Of a stretch of 48,506 nt of DNA, positions 29,316-36,731 are shown in pieces; positions within the stretch are counted from its first letter, which is position 1; every line of letters starts with the position of its first letter. Below the pieces are notes generated by a model, which had not been told where the DNA came from, ran no database searches, and was given only the letters and a program-made list of their open reading frames with translations. The DNA is taken from positions 1-48,506 of the forward strand of contig JBDRJA010000131.1 of assembly GCA_043815345.1 (NCBI GenBank). The letters run 5' to 3'. The stretch is from Patescibacteria group bacterium. GTDB taxonomy: Bacteria > Patescibacteriota > Patescibacteriia > Patescibacteriales > CAYMCJ01. The position numbers were made by a program, and so were the translations under genes.

Positions 29316-30665
29316 CTATATAAACCAGCCAAGCCTTTCTCTAAATTTTTCAAAACTAAATATTAAATCAATAATACCGTTTGTAAATATTATGATGATT
29401 GACGCCCATAAAACTCGGCTTAACCACCACTTTTTATTCTGGTACAAATAAACCATAAAAAGGCCGGCAAAAATAGCTAACAGCGGGTAAATTTGAAACC
29501 GATATCTTGTTTCTACAACAGAAATAAAAATTATTAAAGGAGTAATTATAGTAAAAGCTGATAAATATTTCAATTTTTCATTTTTTGATTTAAAAAATTT
29601 TATTATACCCGCTAGGCTGAATACAAATAATATAATTGAGGCAAAAGTCGAAGAAATTAAAACTGTAAATTGGCCCCAACCGGATTGGTAAAACCAAAAT
29701 CCTATTGGCCGAATTATACTAAAATATTTATTAATGCGCAAAAAGGTCAGCTTAGTGAACTCTAGCGGATAATTAATGATAAAACTAGTAAACTGCCTTA
29801 TGGATTCGCTTGTTATTTCTGTTGCCCCGTAAGCAGTTATATATTCTCTAGCCTCTGCCGGGGCTTCTTGTTCTCCGTTAGCGCCATGATAATTTCCTAT
29901 CCAGAAATTAAAAGCTCCTGAAGTGCCGAATGGTAATAATTTATTATAAACAGAATAATTCCTAGCTGTCCAAGGCGCGAAAACTAAACTCATAGTAATA
30001 ATAAATAAAACGCAGTAAAAAAATTTTTTCTTTTTATAAAAATAGTAAATTATAATCGGAACTAAAAATAAAACTGGCGTTCGAGCTAAGGTGGCCAAAC
30101 CAAAAACTAAGCCTAATAGAATTGCTATCCAAATATTAAATTTATTAAAAAATCTAAAAAATAAATATAGAGCTAAAGCAAATAGAAATAAATAGAAAGT
30201 CTCGGTCATTAACATAGCAGAAATTTCTATTAAATCTGGGTAAAAACCAAAAATAGCCGCCGCCGCCAAACCCGTCTTTTCTTTATGTTCTTTACTTTCA
30301 AAAATTATAAGGCATATTAAATAAACCAGCCAAGCCGTTATCGCATGCATTATAGCCTGCATTATCCAGACAGCTTCGTAGTTATGCCCGAAAACAGAAT
30401 AAATTCCGGCTAAAAAAAATTCATACAATGGCCCGACTCTTTCTATTGAATTGTCATGTAATATATCTCCTTCAATACTTTCTCTATAACCGTTGCCATT
30501 AACAATATTTATTGCAATGTTATCATATCCGCGAGCATCAACTGCTGGTATAATTTTAAAGTAAAAAGAATATGATAAGCTAAAAACAAAACTAAAAAAT
30601 ATAATTAAAACTAAAATTTTATTTTTTACAAATGTCTTTCTTAATTTATTTTTTATATTTTGCAT
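29316..30665 (-). CDS. GT-C fold membrane glycosyltransferase (ArnT/PMT_2, GT39/83-like), paralogue A
   Basis: 449 aa and multi-TM. VDARGYDNIAINIVNGNGY loop motif and PWTARNY. Confidence 0.75.
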   Translation of the reverse strand: MQNIKNKLRKTFVKNKILVLIIFFSFVFSLSYSFYFKIIPAVDARGYDNIAINIVNGNGYRESIEGDILHDNSIERVGPLYEFFLAGIYSVFGHNYEAVWIMQAIMHAITAWLVYLICLIIFESKEHKEKTGLAAAAIFGFYPDLIEISAMLMTETFYLFLFALALYLFFRFFNKFNIWIAILLGLVFGLATLARTPVLFLVPIIIYYFYKKKKFFYCVLFIITMSLVFAPWTARNYSVYNKLLPFGTSGAFNFWIGNYHGANGEQEAPAEAREYITAYGATEITSESIRQFTSFIINYPLEFTKLTFLRINKYFSIIRPIGFWFYQSGWGQFTVLISSTFASIILFVFSLAGIIKFFKSKNEKLKYLSAFTIITPLIIFISVVETRYRFQIYPLLAIFAGLFMVYLYQNKKWWLSRVLWASIIIIFTNGIIDLIFSFEKFRERLGWFI

Positions 30666-32055
30666 ATAAAAATTTAAACAAAGCTAAGCCGCCTTTTACT
30701 TCTTGTATAAATTGGTCCCAACTTCTTATATTAGACAAACGGCGTAATATTATTTTTGGCCTAAAATAAAATTTTCGATGAGCTAAATTATAATAATATT
30801 GCAATTTTTCTCGATTTAAACCCGGTAATTCTAAAACTACATTGGAATAGCTATAATCATCCCAGTTAAAACTCTTAATATAACCCTTTTCCTTGGCCCA
30901 GAAAAACATCTCTGTCCCGGGGTAAGGAATAGTAATATTAAATATGGCTTCGTTCGGATCAAGCTCAATGGCAAAATCAATTGTTCTCTTTATAGTATCT
31001 TCTGTTTCTCCCTGATTGCCGAACATAAAAGAGGCCCTGGTGTCTAAACCAACTTTTTTAGCTAAATCCATAGCTTTCTTAACCTGCTTTAAAGAAATTC
31101 TTTTATTAATATTTTCTAGAATCTTTTCATCAGCTGATTCTACGCCTATTAATATAGAGTGGCAACCTGCCTTTTTCATAATTCTAAATAAATCCTCATC
31201 AACACAATCAACTCTAGTCAAACAGGACCAAGTAATATCTATCTTTTCTTCAATAACAATACGGCAAAATTCTTCCACCAAATCTCTAAAAATAGTAAAG
31301 GTATCATCATAAAAAGCAATTTCTTTTATGCCATACTTTGCCTGCAAAATATTTATCTCGTTAATAATATTTTTAGCTGATCTTTTTCGGACCCTACCTC
31401 TAAAAGTACGGTAACAATATGTGCAACGGCCCGGACAACCCCTAGTCGCCAATATTGACATTGAAGGCAGCCTCTTATAACCGCCTATTGGGGGATGATA
31501 CTTGTCTATGGGCAATAAATGATAAGCTGGAGGCGGGATATTATCCAAACTAGCGACCAATGGCCTTAAACTATTTTTAATTATCTTATTATTCTTTTTG
31601 TAATACAAGCCTAAAATATCCTCCACATTTTTACCATCAACTAGCTCTTTCATGGTTTCCTCCCCTTCGTCAATTACTAAATAATCTACATAATCTTTAG
31701 CTAAAATCTCATCTGGATAAACTGAAGCGTGAACTCCTCCGAAAACTATCTTAGCGTTAGGAAAAATTTTTTTAGATTCCTTGGCAATCGCTAAGGCATT
31801 ATTTATTAGAGGCGTAGTAGCTGTAAAACCAATAAAATCTATGCCACTATATTTATCTTCCAGTACTTTTTTAGTATCGCCAACCGTTAGCTGCTCAGCT
31901 GAACAATCTAAATAATATACTTTATGTTTAGACTGCTCCAAGACAGCCGCAATATAAGCGAGCCCTAAGCTAGGCCAGGAAGCCGCTACTTCTTTCCATA
32001 GATTCTTGTCTTCGCCTATTACCCAGGGGGGGTTAATTAGTAATACGTTTTTCAT
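30646..32055 (-). CDS. B12-binding-domain radical SAM protein (class B rSAM), paralogue 4
   Basis: TRGCPGRCTYCY and LVIDEGEETMKEL. Its 3' end overlaps the start of the downstream GT-C gene by 20 nt. Confidence 0.85.
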   Translation of the reverse strand: MKNVLLINPPWVIGEDKNLWKEVAASWPSLGLAYIAAVLEQSKHKVYYLDCSAEQLTVGDTKKVLEDKYSGIDFIGFTATTPLINNALAIAKESKKIFPNAKIVFGGVHASVYPDEILAKDYVDYLVIDEGEETMKELVDGKNVEDILGLYYKKNNKIIKNSLRPLVASLDNIPPPAYHLLPIDKYHPPIGGYKRLPSMSILATRGCPGRCTYCYRTFRGRVRKRSAKNIINEINILQAKYGIKEIAFYDDTFTIFRDLVEEFCRIVIEEKIDITWSCLTRVDCVDEDLFRIMKKAGCHSILIGVESADEKILENINKRISLKQVKKAMDLAKKVGLDTRASFMFGNQGETEDTIKRTIDFAIELDPNEAIFNITIPYPGTEMFFWAKEKGYIKSFNWDDYSYSNVVLELPGLNREKLQYYYNLAHRKFYFRPKIILRRLSNIRSWDQFIQEVKGGLALFKFLYAKYKK

Positions 32056-32057
32056 TT

Positions 32058-32771
32058 TTATAAAAATCTATTTTTGATTAAAGTCCAAACCGCGCTTGCT
32101 CCATCTTTCCAGCCAATTTTTTTTCCTGCCGCGTAATCACGAGGGTCATAGTCAATCGGCACTTCACTAATTACAAACTTATTTTTCATTAATTGCGCTG
32201 TAATTTCCGGTTCAATATTAAAACGCTCTGATTTTAGATTAAGTTTATTTAGCGCCTCTCGGGTCATCAGCTTGTAACCGGTTTCCATGTCAGTTACTTT
32301 TTGGCCATATAAAACAGTGGTAAGCATTGATAAAACTTTATTGCCAATATAGTGCCAGGGCATAAGGGTTTTCTCTTCGCCAAAAAATTTTAATTTTTTC
32401 AATGATTCGCCTAAAAACCTTGACCCATATACGACTTTCACTTCTGGTTGTTGTATTTTTCCCAATATATCCTTTAGATTTTCCGGATTGTATTCTAAAT
32501 CCGCATCATGGCAAATAATATAATCACCCGTAGCAGCGTCGTAGCCGGTGCGCATGCCCTTGCCCTTGCCGTAATTTTTATCATGATAAATAATCTTATA
32601 TTTATTTTCTAAGGTTCTTAGAAATTCTCTAGTCCCATCAGTTGAATAATCATCTACTATAATTATTTCTTTTTCAAAAGCGCTTAAGTCCACCCGCTCA
32701 ATTCTTTGTAAAATTATTTCTAAAGTTTTAATCTCATTATAAACTGGCAGGATAATAGATAATTTAGGCAT
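32058..32771 (-). CDS. GT2-family glycosyltransferase (soluble, DPM1/dolichyl-P-glucose synthase-like)
   Basis: LSIILPVYNE, VDDYSTDGT and CHDADLEYNP. Confidence 0.8.
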   Translation of the reverse strand: MPKLSIILPVYNEIKTLEIILQRIERVDLSAFEKEIIIVDDYSTDGTREFLRTLENKYKIIYHDKNYGKGKGMRTGYDAATGDYIICHDADLEYNPENLKDILGKIQQPEVKVVYGSRFLGESLKKLKFFGEEKTLMPWHYIGNKVLSMLTTVLYGQKVTDMETGYKLMTREALNKLNLKSERFNIEPEITAQLMKNKFVISEVPIDYDPRDYAAGKKIGWKDGASAVWTLIKNRFL

Positions 32772-32775
32772 AATT

Positions 32776-33603
32776 TTAATTTTTAATATTTAACTGTTTT
32801 TTTAGTCCCTCCCTAAAAGAGGTTGGGTTTATTTTAAAAATTTTCGGCCAATTATCACCCTGATAAATTTCGCTAGCCAATAATGTTCTAACCTGCCAAT
32901 ATGGCATTGGAGATATTGGAGTAAGAGAAAAAATTTTAATTAGCCAATTAAAAACAAAGGGTAAGTTTATTATTTTTAATTTATAACCTAAAGATTTTAA
33001 AGCTTTAATAATATCATAATAACTAATAGTTTCAAGTCCAACTAAATTATACTTTTGATTAACTGGCATCTTAAGACTGGCACTGATAATTTTTACTAAA
33101 TCGTCAATAAAGAGGGGCTGCATTAAAAATTTAAATACCGGTACAAGCGGCAACCTCCTTATTAAATTAAGTAAAAAGCCAAGATTTTTTTTATCGCCTG
33201 GACCAAACACCAGGTTTGGCCTAAGAATTATATAAGAAATTCCAGAATTAACTATGAGCTTTTCCGCTTCTTTTTTTGAATTAATATAGGGATCTTGAAA
33301 TCGCGATAAGACTCGGGCCGTGGAAAGAAAAATTATTCTTCCAACTTTACGTCCCTGGCAGAATTCAATTAAATTTTTTGTGCCCTCATAATTAGCCTGC
33401 CAAATTTGCTTTTTATTCCTGCCGCCAAGTTTGCCGGCCAAATGAATTACCGCTTCAATTTCTTCTTTACTATTAAACCTATCAAAATTTTCTTTTTTAG
33501 TGGTATCATCTAAAAATAAAATAATTCTTTCACCCTTGCTCTCAAGGTAGGGCTTAAGATGGGAACTTATAAATCCTTTTCTGCCTGTTATTAATATGGC
33601 CAT
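32776..33603 (-). CDS. NAD-dependent epimerase/dehydratase family (extended SDR) protein
   Basis: ILITGRKGFISSHL glycine-rich loop and a YxxxK catalytic motif (YINSKKEAE). Confidence 0.8.
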   Translation of the reverse strand: MAILITGRKGFISSHLKPYLESKGERIILFLDDTTKKENFDRFNSKEEIEAVIHLAGKLGGRNKKQIWQANYEGTKNLIEFCQGRKVGRIIFLSTARVLSRFQDPYINSKKEAEKLIVNSGISYIILRPNLVFGPGDKKNLGFLLNLIRRLPLVPVFKFLMQPLFIDDLVKIISASLKMPVNQKYNLVGLETISYYDIIKALKSLGYKLKIINLPFVFNWLIKIFSLTPISPMPYWQVRTLLASEIYQGDNWPKIFKINPTSFREGLKKQLNIKN

Positions 33604-34943
33604 AAAAATTTTTCAAATACATATTTAGGCATATGCTTCAAAATATAGGGCAATCGAAAATAATACGATACAAAGGCTTTTTCTTTTAAATTCAATAAAT
33701 CTTTTTTATCTATATTGTTATGTCGATACACCGGAGTATAAGAATCATATCTTTGCCAATTTGACTCTATAATTCTCTGCTCTTTTGATAATTTACTGTA
33801 GAATTCTGTATTAGGGTAAGGAGTACTAATAGAAAACTGAGCCACTAAAGTATTTAATTTTTGGGAATAATTGATTGTACTATTAATACTTTCCGTAGTA
33901 TCGTCTTCTAGGCCTAGTATATAAAAAGCAGCAATTGAAATACCATTTTTATGACAATATTCAATTATCTCTTCTTGGTGATTGATCTTTATAGGTAAGC
34001 GTCTTGATTTTTTAAGTATCTCTTCGCTAGAAGATTCTATCCCAATATTAAAATTTTTTAATCCAGCGCTTTTCATTGCTTTGATTAAGTCTTTATCAAG
34101 ACAATCTAGGCGAGTTTCGCAAGACCAGGTAATTTTTATTTTTTCTTTTTTTATCTTTTCACATAATTTATATATGCGCTCCTTATCTAAAGTAAAGATG
34201 GCGTCTCGAAAATCTATAGCTTTAATTTTATATTCTTTTTTTAAATATAAAATTTCTTCCATGATGTTATCTACACTTCTGGTTCGCCACATTCTACCAG
34301 CCATAATAGTATAGGGGCAATAATATCGGCAGGTATAAGGACAACCCCGGGAAGTTAGCATAGTTAAGACTGGTTTCTTGTTTAACGCCGGAGAATAGTA
34401 AAATTTATTTATATTAAAAAAATTCCAATCTGGAAAAGGCAATTTATCTATATTTCTAATTAATTCAGCTTCAAATATGCCTTCTGGAATTTTTTTATCT
34501 TCTAATATTTTTAAAATCCCTGATTCTGCCTCGCCTTTTATAACGAAATCTGCATCTTTAGAAAAATATTCAGGCACGGCTGAAGCAAAAGTACCGTAAA
34601 CTCCAACTTTTACACCTTTTTGCCTTATTTTTTTTACTATTTCTAGTTCGTTTTGACAATCTACGATTGAAGTATGTACTAAAGCCAAATCAGCCTGACT
34701 AATTTTTAGATTGTCGTCTTTCACTTCTACTAATTCTACCTCCCAACCAGCTTTCTTAAATATTGCTATTAAATAAGCTAGTGTTATATCAGGTAATATT
34801 ACGTTTCTCTTTTTTACATATTCAAAAATCCTTGCTCGCAAAGAATTACCAACCCAAGTCCTGGTCCCCATTCCTCCAGCTAAATCTTTGTTTACGCACC
34901 CTTTGTCATTTTTGGCTTGTATATCAAATAATAATACTTTCAT
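33591..34943 (-). CDS. B12-binding-domain radical SAM protein (class B rSAM), paralogue 5, with atypical Cx3Cx3C spacing
   Basis: SRGCPYTCRYYCPY and VIKGEAESGIL. ATG 34943 (MKVLLFD) is preferred; the 12-codon extension to 34979 is translation of the intergenic repeat and uses a GTG start. Confidence 0.8.
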   Translation of the reverse strand: MKVLLFDIQAKNDKGCVNKDLAGGMGTRTWVGNSLRARIFEYVKKRNVILPDITLAYLIAIFKKAGWEVELVEVKDDNLKISQADLALVHTSIVDCQNELEIVKKIRQKGVKVGVYGTFASAVPEYFSKDADFVIKGEAESGILKILEDKKIPEGIFEAELIRNIDKLPFPDWNFFNINKFYYSPALNKKPVLTMLTSRGCPYTCRYYCPYTIMAGRMWRTRSVDNIMEEILYLKKEYKIKAIDFRDAIFTLDKERIYKLCEKIKKEKIKITWSCETRLDCLDKDLIKAMKSAGLKNFNIGIESSSEEILKKSRRLPIKINHQEEIIEYCHKNGISIAAFYILGLEDDTTESINSTINYSQKLNTLVAQFSISTPYPNTEFYSKLSKEQRIIESNWQRYDSYTPVYRHNNIDKKDLLNLKEKAFVSYYFRLPYILKHMPKYVFEKFLWPY

Positions 34944-34957
34944 AAATAATACAAATG

Positions 34958-35042
34958 TACAAATAAATACAAATAACACAAATTCTGCTTTTCGAATTTT
35001 ATTTATTTGTGTTATTTGTATTTATTTGTAATTCGTAGTCTT
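34958..35042. repeat. Copy of a dispersed 38-bp AT-rich repeat, arranged as a perfect 26-bp inverted repeat (hairpin)
   Basis: TACAAATAAATACAAATAACACAAAT (34958-34983) is the exact reverse complement of 35005-35030. 35005-35042 matches the 38-bp unit at 39679 and 39724 at 35/38 positions. Confidence 0.85.
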
Positions 35043-35056
35043 ATTTAAATACAAAA

Positions 35057-35080
35057 AAATATAGACTAAAATCTATATTT
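35057..35080 (-). terminator. Candidate weak intrinsic terminator downstream of the Shedu-like gene
   Basis: 9-bp AT-rich stem AAATATAGA / TCTATATTT with a 6-nt loop, followed on the minus strand by a short T-run. Low predicted stability. Confidence 0.35.
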
Positions 35081-35182
35081 AATATTTCTACTATCTTTGT
35101 TTATTATATAATTTTTCAGGGGGGTAAGTCAATGGTGGAATCTTGATGGAAAGTAATCAATCGTATCCGAACTGAAATCTAA

Positions 35183-36394
35183 TTAATTTTGAATAGTTTC
35201 TTTATTTTCTACGATAAACTTAGCTCTTTCAAATAATTCATCATAAGTAATTATTTTTACATTTCTAGAATCTCTGCGGAATAATTCAAAACTTTTAGCC
35301 TTTATTTGACTTTCTTTTAATTCGCCAGCATATTGATTAGAATGACCAATTATTAAAATTGTTTTAGGATCAACTGTTTTCTGTCTAATAATCTCCCCCT
35401 TATCATTAAAGTTATTATTTGCGTTTGATTCAGCCTGTACTTGCCAATCAGCTTTTTGTTCCAGTATTTGAGAAAAAGAGTTAATTAAATCATTAGATAA
35501 GCACCAAGAGTTAGCTCGATTTTGGTTGTTCTTAAACAATGGGGTATTGGGTTTTTTTAATTCAACAAGTGTCGTAAACTTATTGCACCCAAGCAAAAAA
35601 TCGCCAATAACTGCATCTTTGCCTTTTAGATCAGTGTTGGAAATATGAACTTCTTTTTGCAAAATTCCTAAAAATTTATAATCTAACCCATAACCAAATA
35701 TCCAATCATTTTTATTAAAGAAATGTTGCCATGTTATTTCTATTCTAGGATCGGTTATTTGATTTTCTCTTTTATATATATTTATGTAATTAGGATCATT
35801 TAATAATTTATCAAAAATTTCTAATTCCTTCTTTCTATAACCGATATTTACAATATCAGAGGAAGTGATTAAGCCACTATTTAAAAGTTCTTCAATAATC
35901 TTTGGTCCATCTTTCTGAATCAAAAAAGTTTTAATTTTACTTTTTGTTTCATTATCTATTTCTGAAAGATCATCATTAGATAGAGCTATTTTCCTTTCAT
36001 TTATTCCTTCTAAATTTAGGTCGGAAAGAAACCTTAAAAATGCAATTAACTTCTTAAACGTAAAATAAGAAAAAGTAATTTGTTCAGTTTCAACTTCTTG
36101 CCAACCATCATTTTTGTAATGTTTAAATTTTTTAAAAGATATAGAATTAATATCTTTTTGTTTTTTTATAAATGTTAAAGTAATTTTAATACGATTTCTC
36201 TTGGGATAAGGAAAATTAATATCAATTTCCTTCGGTAAACCCGTCTCTTCATCTTCAGTTACAATATTCAAAAACTTTCCCTCTTGATTTTTGAATTCAT
36301 GAGTATAAAGTGTATCGAGATTGGAATTAAAAGCAATATCACTCTCGGATGGTTTTATCTCATTCTCTGATAATAATTTTTCTTTGTTTTCCAT
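35183..36394 (-). CDS. Shedu-like defence nuclease (SduA, DUF4263 PD-(D/E)XK domain) with an uncharacterised ~200-aa N-terminal domain
   Basis: The C-terminal half shows the DUF4263 pattern: YRKKELEIFDKLL, WQHFFNKNDWIFGYG, GDFLL...LVELKKP (D...ExK), ILIIGHS, and the terminal VKIITYDELFERAKF. Confidence 0.7.
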   Translation of the reverse strand: MENKEKLLSENEIKPSESDIAFNSNLDTLYTHEFKNQEGKFLNIVTEDEETGLPKEIDINFPYPKRNRIKITLTFIKKQKDINSISFKKFKHYKNDGWQEVETEQITFSYFTFKKLIAFLRFLSDLNLEGINERKIALSNDDLSEIDNETKSKIKTFLIQKDGPKIIEELLNSGLITSSDIVNIGYRKKELEIFDKLLNDPNYINIYKRENQITDPRIEITWQHFFNKNDWIFGYGLDYKFLGILQKEVHISNTDLKGKDAVIGDFLLGCNKFTTLVELKKPNTPLFKNNQNRANSWCLSNDLINSFSQILEQKADWQVQAESNANNNFNDKGEIIRQKTVDPKTILIIGHSNQYAGELKESQIKAKSFELFRRDSRNVKIITYDELFERAKFIVENKETIQN

Positions 36395-36415
36395 CCTATT
36401 AAAAATTAATTATAA

Positions 36416-36482
36416 GCGGAGAGTGAGGGATTCGCCCCGCCACTTCGCTGTGCTCATCGCGGGGTGCCTCACTAACTTCGGC
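36416..36482. repeat. GC-rich bulged hairpin element immediately 3' of tRNA-Ser
   Basis: GTGAGG (36423-28) pairs with CCTCAC (36467-72). CGCCCCGC (36433-40) pairs with GCGGGGTG (36459-66). Strongly GC-rich against an AT-rich background. Confidence 0.6.
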
Positions 36483-36503
36483 AAACCCAAATATTTTTCT
36501 CTG

Positions 36504-36590
36504 CGGTGAGACTGGGATTCGAACCCAGGGTGCCATTTCTGACACACATGCACTCCAAGCATGCGCCTTCGACCGCTCGGCCATCTCACC
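36504..36590 (-). tRNA. tRNA-Ser (anticodon GGA), class II with long variable arm, no encoded CCA
   Basis: Folded by hand: acceptor GGTGAGA/TCTCACC, D-arm GCC..GGC, anticodon stem CATGC/GCATG with loop TTGGAGT, 5-bp variable arm GTGTC/GGCAC, T-arm CTGGG-TTCGAAT-CCCAG, discriminator G. 87 nt. Confidence 0.93.
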
Positions 36591-36731
36591 TAATTATATA
36601 CATGTTAATGTTTGGGCTTTCCAAGTTTACTCCGCATATGAACGAAGCGAATTGTGCGGGGCAAGTGCCATAGACCCCTAAGCGAACTCTCCCAATTTAC
36701 TCTGAAGCTTAGCTTCATGTATTGCTAACAT

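Noticed and set aside
35140-35175. Possible att-type direct repeat of the tRNA-Ser 3' end marking the distal border of an island (minus strand GTTCGGATACGAT vs tRNA GTTCGAATCCCAG).
   Set aside because: The match is only about 9/13 and there is no integrase in the window. That is too weak to call an attachment site, though it is still worth an alignment-based check.
36321-36584. ORFs 36399-36584 (-) and 36321-36509 (+) overlapping the tRNA region.
   Set aside because: They translate the tRNA-Ser gene and the GC-rich hairpin, so the tRNA fold explains the sequence. They are spurious.
36591-36600. TATAAT-like hexamer directly upstream of tRNA-Ser as its promoter -10 box.
   Set aside because: It lies only 2-3 nt from the mature tRNA 5' end, so transcription would start inside the tRNA. 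This is most likely chance AT-rich sequence.
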